Shown here one piece after another: positions 14,001 through 24,119 of a stretch of 64,000 nucleotides of DNA. Location of the stretch: positions 21,989,488-22,053,487 of the forward strand of contig CM074520.1 of the NCBI GenBank assembly GCA_037379345.1, read 5' to 3'. How positions within the stretch are numbered: the stretch's first letter is position 1; the number at the start of each line of letters is the position of its first letter. The DNA is from Perna viridis. Lineage: Eukaryota. Under the pieces are notes generated by a model. That model ran no database searches. It was not told the DNA's origin and saw nothing but the letters and a program-made list of their open reading frames with translations. Position numbers and translations under genes: made by a program.

Positions 14001-17000
14001 CATTCATATCATGTATACCTTGTTGCACCAGCATGTAGTACGATCCTGCTGCGTAACTTGTTCTATCACAAATGTCATTGAGTGATACGGTTGCTGTCTC
14101 GGCCACTTGTTTCATTCTCTCGTTACTTAATGTTGCATCTTCGGCTGTAATAGATTTATTCTTTGTTTTGTTTTAATTTTTGACAATATTTCATAATTTC
14201 TACAGCTACAATATTGTCTACAAGAGGACTCCGCCATTGCTTAAATTTCCTTATTCATTCTTACATGCACTATTTGTTTTTGCAATCATACATTCTTGAC
14301 TAGTTTGATAGTTTTAGGCAGTCTGATGTGCAAAAAATCAGAACTAATATTAAACATATATTTATATGTAATTAGACAACGTTAAATCTTATAGCCTTAT
14401 GATATACTTTGAAGAGAGTCTAGACTGTTTATGTTAAAGCAGTCAGTTATTTTTCCTCTGAAGTTTCCAATCCAACCAAACTCGCAATTAGATCCAAGCT
14501 ACTGGACATTAACTTTAAATTTTGTTATATTTTCTTTATCTAAAAAAATTTCGCCTCTGGAAGTAATAGCTATTACCTGACTGTTCGTTATCAAATCATG
14601 AACATCTTTTTTTATACAGACGTATAAATGATGCCAGATGCTTGTTAAATATGAGTTTACCAGGTATACTTTATGACGTTTCCAAACTTATTAACTTTCT
14701 CTACAACAGATGTGGCTCGAGTTAGGTGTTCCAGTAACAGTTGAGTTTCTAGTCAACTCGAGATGTTATTTTTAGCAATTTATCAGGTGGTTATTCTAGT
14801 TGAGTTAAAGTTAGTGTTAAATTCGAGTTGAAGGTAGAGTTTTGTTTTTATAAAACTGGCATAACAATGATTTTACTTACTTGATCCTTCGTAGTAGTAG
14901 TATTGGTAGTCGTTGACTCTGTAGAACTCGTAACAAATGTACGCTCGAACTATATTTCCATGTTGCGTAAACGTTGATGACCTACAAAGAAAATGCCGAC
15001 AAAACTAAAGTACAAGTCTCTATAAGAATTAGACAGTGAATGAAAAACATGTATTCAATTTTTTTCTACAATTTTGCCGGATTCTGGAAAAAGACATATA
15101 CTGAATTCCATATTCACAACTTTTGTTTCATTTATACTATTATGGTCTTTCCCATCTTCCAAGTAACTAAATCAGGCAGCAAGCTTCAGTCATGAAAACA
15201 ACATTTATATTGAACAAATATATTCTTAACAAATATTCAAAAAGTGAAGTCAGTGATGGTAAAAAATATAACCTTGCGACATATTTAGAACCGGAGGCCA
15301 TATAGCAATCGAAGCTAAGTGTTCCGAACGGTATAGTAGAATAATCCGATATTGTACTTGATGTGACTGGCAGGGACCCTTTGTCCGTAGAAATCCATGT
15401 ACCACTGTTTAATGGGAACACACATGCTGCAAAAAAGGAAAAATAAGCTTGTAATTTTTTTTAGGTAAGTTTTGTGTGTGATAATTCACAGCCACAGTGA
15501 CAACTGTTCTGGCATTGTAAATGAAACGTGCTACACTACGAGCATACAAAAGTTGTAGGGTATACGAAATTTCAAACGCTATAAAAGTTAGGTTTTAATT
15601 GATGCTTCACGCGATTTGAAATGATAACGTTACGGTGTAGATCAAGTCATACACGACCGCCCGAACGGGGATTCCAGGGCGGATCCAGACATTTTGAAAA
15701 GGTGGGTGCCAGCCAGGGTTCCTCAGAAAAAGGGAAGATATTCTTGTCAATTTTACACATAAAAATGACAAATTTTCCAATAAGGGGGTGGCAACCCCCT
15801 ACATCACCTCTGAATCCATCACTGGGTTCAGATAGTAGATTTCTTAGTCCAATGTAGTTCATGTTCAAGAGCACGGCCACCCAAAATAAGCTTATCCATG
15901 ATCATCTTGACCAAAGAGCTTGTTTATATTATGTCCTACTAGCGGCTTGGTTGCTCTGTTGATGATCAGGCCTAATCCTACCCAGACCCCACTTTGGTCA
16001 GGGACATGGAGTCTGATCGAGAGCCTTTCCCATTTCTACTCGCCTTGGAAGGACGCCATTTGAAGTCTAGAAGCTCGGTATCTTCATTTCATTTTTTATG
16101 GAGACGTTTTTTACATTAGTAGTACCACTAACGTCCGATCCTTTCCACGTCTATGGTATGATTATATATATATATATTAAATTGATGAGAATCCTGCCAT
16201 TTGATTGGTTTGTTGACAAAAATTAACATTGTTTCAATTGTATAAACTAACTTGCTATTTAGGCCACGCCCACCTTTTACGGAACTACTTTTTGTTTGTT
16301 AACATCCGAAACAAAGTTTTCAGTCACATTATAACGTTGAAACGTTTTTGTGACAATAAATTATTAACTAACTTTATGTCCGCCGTGTTTATGTCAATTC
16401 CTGCTTTAATAACTGTGTCTTCAATTTCGGAAAATAACTGAACATTTCCCAGTGATGAAATGTCAGCGTCTTGCCGCTGATTTTAAAATGGCAACCAATT
16501 TGTTTACTAGAATTACTGCACGGCGGGAAAATTAAAGTTGCTGTTTTCAGTGTTAATAAAAGTGATGGATATATCATTTTTAAAAATTTTTAATTAAAAT
16601 ATAATGAATGTAATCAATTTCTGATTAGTTTATACGCTTTAACCTAATTTGGGTCCGTTTACGCGGAAACATATATATATAAACGTCTCAGAATGTGACG
16701 AGTCTATTCGCTACATTGCTCTATCGGATCAAGTTGATACGGGGAAGATAAAGTAAACTTATAGATAGGAGGGTCTGAAAAATTCCTGACGACGTTAGAA
16801 CTGATATTGATTTGTTGTGACATGCATCATTAATTTGATCCTCTATCCTACATAATAACACTTAGATGAACTGTCCCGTACTACCATACATCGTGTACGA
16901 AGTCAGAGCCCTAGATTAATCCTACGAGGAGGAATGACCCGGCCAGCGAAAGTTATATTTATATATAGACTAGCTGGCCAAGTGGTCTAGGGCGCTGGAC

Positions 17001-18906
17001 TTCGTGCAGGCGGTGTTGCCATAGATGTCGCAGCGGTATGAGTTCGAATCCCGCGGAGGGAACGACCAAAAATTTGCATCTCAAATTTTACAGTTCTAAC
17101 ATCGTTGGGAATTTTCCCGTACTACCATACATCGTGTACTACGTTACAGCCCTAGATTAATCCTACACGGATGAATGACCCGGTCAGCGAAAGCTATATT
17201 TAATATATAGCCTAGCTGGCCGAGTGGTCTAGGGCGCTGGACTTTGTGCAGGCGGTGTTGCCATAGATGTCACAGCGGTACGAGTTCGAGTCCCGCGGAG
17301 GGAACGACCAAAAATTTGCATCGCAAATTTGACAGTTCTAACATCGTTGGGAATTTTTCAGACCTATCTATCTATATATATATATATAACAAGTATGTTT
17401 TTTTTTTAAATATCACTGAAACTGCTGAATCCGTTTTTTGTGGAACAAAAATATTGCAAAATATTCGAAGTGATGAAACAGCATCTACCTCTGTGTGAAG
17501 AAAAATAAACCACGTACATGTAGTGTCCAGTCATCACTGATCATTCATCTCATAAAACACTGTGATATTGCTGTCTACATGTATGCGGCAGGGGTGTGGT
17601 GTAAAAAAGGTTCTTCATTGCTCCATTACCGTCATTCAAAGGGTGTAATATGTTATACTCACAAGATGTCAGGTGTGGATCCAGGATGTCGGGTTACGGG
17701 TGGAATAAATAGTATTAAAAGCCGGACGAACCGAGGTAAGATTTTTCATTTAGAATTTGTGAAAAATCAAGAATTCATGCTAAAATATATATTCTAAATT
17801 TTAGAGAGCGTATTTCCGACACGTCTCTCCTTAAATACACCCCTGGATGTGATGTTTTTTACTTAGCAACAAAACGTTGCTTACACATATTTTGTATGTT
17901 TTATCATTTCCAGGAGGCGATCCAGGATTTTATGAAGGTTGGCGTTATTACGAGAATCAGTAAAAAAGGAAACCAGGTCATAACATGTTTAATGAATGAA
18001 TATGGTACAATATTTAGTAGATTGCAATAGTTATTTTTTCTTTAAATTAGGGAGGCATACGCCTATTACGTCCTCACCTGGACCGGCCCCTGATTTCATA
18101 CGCAATCTTATGAGTAAAAATAGTTTGATGTAAACATTTATCCCTCTCAAAAGTATACAGATCCGGGTTGGATATGGAAAGTGCTAGAGTAAAAAAGTAT
18201 ACCATAAAACTGTACCTCTCTCGAGCTCGTAGGTCCAAAAATATACATCGTGTTACTGAATTTATATTTTCTTGTAGGAAATCTACAGTAAATGAAAACA
18301 ATTCTGCGGTGCCATGCATGGGCGTAGCTAGGCCTGTTTTATTTGTACGCAAAATTACGGCGAGGGGTCTTGGGGGGTGGAGTCGCTCAAGGCCTCCGGT
18401 GAGTCATTGCATAAAACCTTTATTTCATCTTTAAAATGTTTGTTTTTGTTTTTGTTACTTTTTCCGAAAGTACGCAACTGCGTATTTGCGTATAGGCAGC
18501 TACGACCCTGCCATGAACTAAAAGTATTCAGTTTGCAGGGAATCCTTTACAGTTATATATGTACATGTAGTATATTTCATAAAACGTTATAGAATGTAGA
18601 TTTATAAAGGTTCTTACAACGCATAAAAAAATAAATTACGAGCCTCTGAGTTTAAGTAGTTTAGTTGCTGTAGGAATATAAACATTCTCTGGAGAGTGGG
18701 AAAAAGATAATAACAGACAATTCAACGATCACGAAAGTACTAACAATCTACATGTAATCATCGAAAAACGGGGTACATGTATAATTTTTTAGGGGGGTGA
18801 AAGTTGACTTACCTGTGACGTCATGATGGCCGTGATAGAAGATGAAAAAGAAGCACCAGAGTATCCACAAATGGTGGGAAAACATATTATGTTGGGGATT
18901 CCACAT
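2097..18906 (-). CDS. Uncharacterised type I single-pass membrane protein (~798 aa): signal peptide, Cys-rich ectodomain, TM helix, long low-complexity cytoplasmic tail
   Basis: Phase-consistent GT-AG exons: 18813-18906 (MWNPQHNMFSHHLWILWCFFFIF..), 15273-15426 (ACVFPLNSGTWISTDKG..), 14881-14981, 14019-14144, 13312-13491, 12598-12713, 12123-12240, 11354-11362, 8683-9524 (TM AAIVVGVIVPVLLIIVILIVGY), 7831-7917, 4246-4578, 3367-3477, 2944-2978, 2097-2187 (..EVDALKKLH*). Total 2397 nt. Exons 1-9 are well supported; the last five rest on open frame and splice phase only. Confidence 0.75.
2401..2516. mobile_element. Short fold-back (palindromic MITE-like) element
   Basis: tattgcatgaatactg ... cagtattcatgcaata perfect 16-bp inverted ends with further internal complementarity. 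Confidence 0.7.
3559..3937 (-). mobile_element. ~400-bp TTAA-flanked non-autonomous DNA element, family A copy 1
   Basis: Family termini TTAAGTAGC..TAAGAATCATGCAA are imperfectly inverted; aligns with four other copies in the window. Confidence 0.85.
5985..6230 (+). mobile_element. Degenerate tRNA-derived MetaSINE-like SINE
   Basis: caaagactttaaaattag..gagtgg..gcctacctgtggattgt..gcgtgtcggactagtac resembles the bivalve MetaSINE body as recalled; related copies at ~36 kb and ~49 kb. Confidence 0.6.
6887..7349 (+). mobile_element. SINE-like retroelement family B (non-tRNA structured head, (CAAT)n tail), copy 1
   Basis: gccccgtgc..cgggtg..cttgtcgtaagaggcgact head; 3' agctataatattgct..cgttaaa + (CAAT)n; homologous to the 21, 28, 33.7 and 61.6 kb copies. 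Confidence 0.85.
8333..8645. mobile_element. MITE with ~19-bp TIRs and TA duplication (Tc1/mariner-like)
   Basis: TA-[tagggcttgtaaatctcgtc ... gacgagatttacaagccctg]-TA. Confidence 0.85.
9751..9938. mobile_element. MITE with ~18-bp TIRs and CGTT-rich interior
   Basis: tacactccttcagacgtt ... aacgtctcaaggagtgta. Confidence 0.7.
11354..11362 (-). CDS. 9-nt microexon of the membrane-protein gene (adds E-S-C)
   Basis: Minus strand catttcag|AAAGCTGTC|gtaagt; phase 1/phase 1 fits the flanking exons; supplies the 12th ectodomain cysteine. Confidence 0.7.
13836..13916. repeat. 37-bp tandem duplication (about 2.2 copies)
   Basis: ttgcttcctaagca(t/c)tgactctagattacagtgact repeated. Confidence 0.9.
15675..15824. 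mobile_element. hAT-like MITE, 5-bp target duplication (gattc/ggttc)
   Basis: cagggcggatccaga ... tctgaatccatcactg termini. Confidence 0.7.
16681..17372. mobile_element. (TA)n-embedded fold-back element with tRNA-Leu-like Pol III cassettes and a 241-bp tandem duplication
   Basis: Units start at 16874 and 17115, each with A box tggcc(a/g)agtgg and B box gagttcga(a/g)tcc; 16681-16803 is the reverse complement of the element tail; both ends lie in TA repeats. Confidence 0.8.
17670..17845. mobile_element. hAT-like MITE, 5-bp target duplication gatgt
   Basis: gatgt-[caggtgtggatcc ... tacacccctg]-gatgt. Confidence 0.75.
17911..18092. mobile_element. hAT-like MITE, 5-bp target duplication atttc
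   Basis: atttc-[caggaggcgatccagg ... cctggaccggcccctg]-atttc. Confidence 0.75.
18317..18510. mobile_element. hAT-like MITE, 5-bp target duplication ccatg
   Basis: ccatg-[catgggcgtagct ... agctacgaccctg]-ccatg. Confidence 0.75.
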
Positions 18907-19598
18907 AAGTTGACAACATCAAACTTTCCATACTACTTCATGTATATCAATTGATTACATTTTCCACTTTTCAAAGCTTGAATTTCAATTTAAGTTACAT
19001 TTTCGGCCATTTTCTTGTCAACTTAGAGATTGTTACGGTGGATAAACAATACAATTTACCAAGACGAAATATTAATCTAAGCCGATTAAGGAATCGGGAC
19101 GAAATTATATGTTGTTCTAGATTAGTGTATTGGATTAAGAATTTACAAAGAAGGTCGATAGTTAGAGAACACTTAAAGTATTTGGTCACTACCACCTGTG
19201 TGTGACTACTGGTAAACTTAAATTCAATAACATATTTCACAAGTGATAGTTGGATATAGAAATGCTCGGTTGATAACACGGCGTTTCCTGGCAATGAATT
19301 TACGACGTGGGGCTTTTTAGAAAGCAACAGTCGAACAAGCAGTGTTCCTGTTTCTCAAGCAGATTTGGCAAGACTTATTTGCGTTCAACCCAACGGCTTA
19401 TTAACCGGTTTTCATATACACTGTTCGGTCGGATTTGATTTCGTTAATTATGTTTTTTTCCATAAAGTTTTATTTGTGTGATTGATTTTCATTTTTTTAG
19501 GGAAAGGAAAAATGGAAGGGCAGGGAAGAATGTCAAATAAGACATCAATTAATTAAAACAAAAAGAATAAGAGTTATTGTCTCTTAGCTATTGACACA

Positions 19599-20567
19599 CT
19601 AACAAGACTTTTTACTCCCAGTCTTTTGACGAAATTTGTCACTAGCAAGAACATATATACTACATAAACTGACTACAAACAGTAAAACTGTAGATACACC
19701 AAGTTTTGACGAGTTCTGATCAACATAGGAAACGTTGCCTTGTTCAATTTCATAATGAACCGCATTAATTTGAAGAGTCTGTGTAATTGTCGCTATTACG
19801 TGGAACATTTGATGGCTCTGTCCAATAATGTCAAAAGATCCGGGAAATAAAAGTTCTGGCACGTGGCATGCGTACGCCAGTGCTTCTAGGGTGAAGGTCA
19901 AATAGATCCAGTTATAACGCCAGAGTGACGTAGTGTTGGTAACATCGCCGTGAACGTACCGCCAGTATTTTCCAGCAACTGTCGATGAAATGAGGACCCC
20001 ATGTAACGCATATACAAAAATAACAGTCCATTTCCGAGGTAGGTGCCCAGATGTCTCACCAAGATTTAGTTTAAGAACACACATAGTTATAAATTCCACC
20101 AGACAAAAAATCCAGTGGATTACAAAATAAAATGGTGCAATTACTTTATAGGTAGTTTTATCTGAAAAATATTGAATTGCTATTAGACCAGTTACGTAGC
20201 AATACATGATTACTCCGGTATAGTCTAACAGAAACAATATTCGATGAACATACGCGCTTTTAGTATGAAAAATATGAGCAATCACGCTGAAAGATGTTGA
20301 TAACAAACAGCAAAAAGAGAAGATGAGAACAGTTCCACATTGGATATCAGTATATGAATTACAAGTGGGGGCATAATGATATAATAGTAGGAAATGCCAC
20401 ACAAATGCGAAAATATGTGTCCAGATATTAAGAGATTCGTTGTGCATTCGAAAAATGCTGACTAGATAAAAGTTCCATTTTTGGCCAATTTTTCGGTATC
20501 CTGAGAGTACTCCTGGTTCGCGTAAAGAATATGGAACATCTGAATAATTCATAGTAATCTTTCCCAT
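19599..20567 (-). CDS. PAQR family (HlyIII) membrane progestin receptor-like 7TM protein, intronless CDS, ~322 aa
   Basis: PAQR motifs intact: GYR..HNESLNIWTH, SVIAH, LDYTG, PELLFPGSFDIIGQSHQMFH. First ATG at 20565-20567 (the track start is a GTG). Strong acceptor ttttcttttctttgcag just upstream of 20642 implies an upstream UTR exon. Exact paralogue (PAQR5-9) not assignable. Confidence 0.93.
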   Translation of the reverse strand: MGKITMNYSDVPYSLREPGVLSGYRKIGQKWNFYLVSIFRMHNESLNIWTHIFAFVWHFLLLYHYAPTCNSYTDIQCGTVLIFSFCCLLSTSFSVIAHIFHTKSAYVHRILFLLDYTGVIMYCYVTGLIAIQYFSDKTTYKVIAPFYFVIHWIFCLVEFITMCVLKLNLGETSGHLPRKWTVIFVYALHGVLISSTVAGKYWRYVHGDVTNTTSLWRYNWIYLTFTLEALAYACHVPELLFPGSFDIIGQSHQMFHVIATITQTLQINAVHYEIEQGNVSYVDQNSSKLGVSTVLLFVVSLCSIYVLASDKFRQKTGSKKSC

Positions 20568-20976
20568 CTTTTCCACGTCTCTGTCTACTGATCACAGCTA
20601 ACAGAGCAAAGATTCGTCCTGTTTGTTCAAAGAGAGCAGCTCCTGCAAAGAAAAGAAAACTGTTGTCTTAAAATCTCAGATAACACAACAAATAGAAAAT
20701 CTCTGCCGTCTGGTTTTCTTGTAAGCTTTGTCATCAATTCATTTCTAATAAGTTAAGAAGATACCGTATTCGAAGATTGTATACTTTCAAACAACACTAC
20801 AAAGGATGCTAATTACTGTTATGTGGTGAAAACCAGGCGCAATAGGTGGCGAAATACGAAACTGTAAACAACTGGCGACACATTGTTCAACTATTAAAAT
20901 ACAAGTCCAGAAAAAAGTCAACCAAATAAATAAAGGAGCTGGGCATTCCACTATTTCAAGTGTTTAATCCATTGTT

Positions 20977-21490
20977 TGTTTGTTTGTTTGTTTGTTGGGG
21001 TTGAACGTCCGAGCAGCAATATTTCAGCTATATTCAGACAATGAACATGAAATGGATGATGTAATGAACATGAAATGAAAAAAAAAAGGATGGGTCACAA
21101 GAATAATAGGGTCGACAAATTTTGATTGCCACAGGAAAAAGGGGGGATGGGTAAGATCGGGCAATTTAGCCTCCTGTGGCGGAGCGCAAAGGTTCTTACT
21201 TCTATCGAATACCCCAGCAGGGTTCTTTAACGTGCGAGGAACGTGGCATCTTTCCCAACACGGTGCATCACTATGGTTTGCGGTCAGGTTTTCCGTATTA
21301 TAGCCTGACAACCCCAGCATGTAATACGCCAGGGGTACCCCATTCCACCACCTGGGGCACACATCCAAGTTGCTCTGTGGGCAGAGCGCCTAGCCCCCGG
21401 CTAGGGTTCTGAGCACTATTTAGTCGCCTTATACGACAAGCTTAGCGCTGCTGCAGGCCTATTCCTTTATCACCCGGACCTGCACGGGGG
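20977..21490 (-). mobile_element. SINE-like family B, full-length copy 2, (CAAA)n tail
   Basis: 9-bp TSD tccattgtt at 20968-20976 and 21491-21499. Confidence 0.92.
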
Positions 21491-21961
21491 TCCATTGTTC
21501 TGAATATATCGTTTATTATGATGTTATATAAAGGGTACAATATTTTACAACGAGCATAAGTAACGCTCCAAGATTGGAACATCATAGTAAGCTAACCAAA
21601 GATAAAAAAAAACGTGCACAGAATATAACGAAAAACTCCTCCAACAAATTATAAATAAAACATTAAAAATTCTAACACTGACCAATGGTTAACTTTGTTA
21701 AGTCCAATCGAACCGAAATATTTAAAATTCAAAATGAAACAATTATTTCAATCTGTGTGATGTGCAACGGAGAATAGTGTTAAATAAAACTATAGATCTT
21801 TATCCTGTGATGCTGGGATCAGTCAACAGATGGTCGTGAGAAAGTCTATGCATACAACAGGGCACTTAATCCCGATCTAGATAACTACCATTTACTATTT
21901 ACTGACCTATAATTAACCCAAGAAGTAATAAAATATATCAATAAGAAGTTACAATAATCTA

Positions 21962-22255
21962 GGAAAGACGACGGTCATTTGATTCTGAGAGGGGAGCCTG
22001 GCAAATAAGGGGTCAGAATATTTATTTTTTGAAATTTTGAACGTCAGAAAATTTATTTTAAACCACATCGGGGCAATATTATTTATATTTCCATTTCACT
22101 ATATGAAGTATCAGGACTGGGGTCAGAATATTATTTTTTTTCTAGGCGGTGTAGGCCAGAGTATTTATTTTCAACGTTTTCAGGGCCAGTATATTTATTT
22201 TTGTCCCCAAAATCTGCCAGGCCCCCACATTAGAATCAAAATGGCAGTCCCTTAA
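21962..22255. mobile_element. MITE with ~40-bp imperfect TIRs, right end in cccTTAA
   Basis: gacggtcatttgattctgagagggg..cctggcaaat versus atctgccaggccccc..agaatcaaaatggcagtcccttaa. Confidence 0.6.
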
Positions 22256-22633
22256 TCATGACTCTTGGTACAATATCTGTTTTTCGAACTATTTTGAACA
22301 TTTTCAAATACATATTAAATTCTGAATATCTGGTAGCAATGTTTCTAAATATTACTATACAAATTAATATGGCATGTTTAAGTATCAGTTCATTTAATAT
22401 CAGACACTGTCAATGATACATGTATAGAAGTCATTCATAGTGCAGAACAAACGCTGCTTTTTTAATGCACACACACTGTATATAGTTAGCTTACCATGAT
22501 GCTCCGCTCTTGTAACGTCGAGCGTTACTTATGCTCGTTGTAAAATATTGTACCCTCTATATAACATTATAATAAACGATATATTTAAAACAGTGGATTA
22601 AATACTTGAAACAGTGGAATACTATATATATAT

Positions 22634-22869
22634 AGCCTAGCTGGCCGTGTGGTCTAGGGCGCTGGGTGCAGGCGGTGTTGCCATAGATGTCACAGCGGTA
22701 CGAGTTCGAGTCCCGCGGAGGAAACGACCAAAAATTTGCTTCGCAAATTTGACAGTTCTAACATCGTTGGGAATTTTTCAGACCCTTCTATAAGTTTACG
22801 TTATCTTCCCTGTATCAATTTGATCCGATGGAGCAGTGTAGCGAATAGAGTCGTCACATTCTGAGACGT

Positions 22870-22870
<1 letters not shown>
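22634..22870 (+). mobile_element. Second tRNA-Leu-like element in (TA)n, same family as 16.7-17.4 kb; followed by (GT)n
   Basis: gcctagctggccgtgtggtctagggcgctgg..gagttcgagtccc..; tail 22753-22870 is inverted relative to 16681-16803. Confidence 0.85.
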
Positions 22871-22908
<38 letters not shown>

Positions 22909-24119
22909 TCATGTCTTTTCTGTATATAGATCTGGATTTGGGAGACAACCATACATTCCTCTCCCATTTTAACCAACCATCTTAACAGGTGAAACACTTG
23001 AATGAAGACCAAAAAAAATTGTTATGTGCATGTTTCTATATTAAAAATACGAGTGCATTTGGCGCTTAATTGTCTGATCGACTGCTACTTAATACATGTA
23101 TTTCATACTTTGTTTACCTTTAACAACTAAGCGTGACTAGACATCATTGATGGATATAGGCTATAGGTGTACATGCAGTGCAATTATGTCATACCTGAAA
23201 GATTTTTTTATCAAATTTAAAGAATGTATAAATACATATATTAAAGCCTATATATTAAATTAACTTTTTACGTTACTGCTAGAAAGTGATAGATTAAATT
23301 TACGTTAGCCTGCCACGTATTAATTTCTAGACTCCTGTATTCTTCAACTGAAAACGTAAGGGATGGATCCAGAAATTAGTAAAAAAAGGTGTATTCTAGG
23401 CTATCATAATGCTCATGTTTGTCAAAGTTTGTTCAAAATAAAAACAAATCAATCAATAGGATCCCCCCAAAAACACTTCCCTGGATCCTCCTGTTTAAAA
23501 GGTGTACAACTTACCTTCATATCCATTTCAAACCAGTTTCTATTCAGGCAACACTGGCATACATGTATACATGTACACCTATAACCTATATCCATCAATG
23601 TACATCAAAACACACGGTCTCTTTAACACGGATGTATTAGATCAATAAAATATTGTAATAAGGAAAATAAACATTATTTATTTATTGGATCATAGAGCAA
23701 CATATGACGTGTTATATATACATGTACCATGTTATATAACGATATATTTACGTGCTATGTTAAATAACGAGTTTTACTGTAAGTGGTTCTTTCTGAATGC
23801 GTAAAATCAATAAAAAATTGTTATTTATCACTCAAAGATATATAGAACAACAAACTACAATCCCAAGTTAACTTAACTAATGGTTTTTACTTTTGCGAGA
23901 ATGTGAAAGAGAAATAATTATTATATTTAGTTTATACAAACCAATATCGAACCCTTCACACCAATGTCATACAAAATTCATGCATCTATCTAATTTAATG
24001 GATGATTTAATAAAACATTAGTAGGGTCATGTTATGTTCTTAATAAAACTTAAGTTGGAGCGTAGCTAAAAAAAGCATTAGTTCATGGGCTGGGGTTTAA
24101 ATTTACCGTGCCGTCAAAT

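Noticed and set aside
16968-17300. Functional tRNA-Leu genes
   Set aside because: No acceptor or anticodon stem can be formed; the sequences are parts of a repeated element.
13836-17356. CRISPR-like arrays among the tandem repeats
   Set aside because: No unique spacers between identical repeats, no cas genes, eukaryotic context.
21024-21412. Recurrent similar ORFs (also at ~7.0, 28.3 and 33.9 kb) as a small gene family
   Set aside because: All lie within family B SINE copies and the frames are not conserved between copies.
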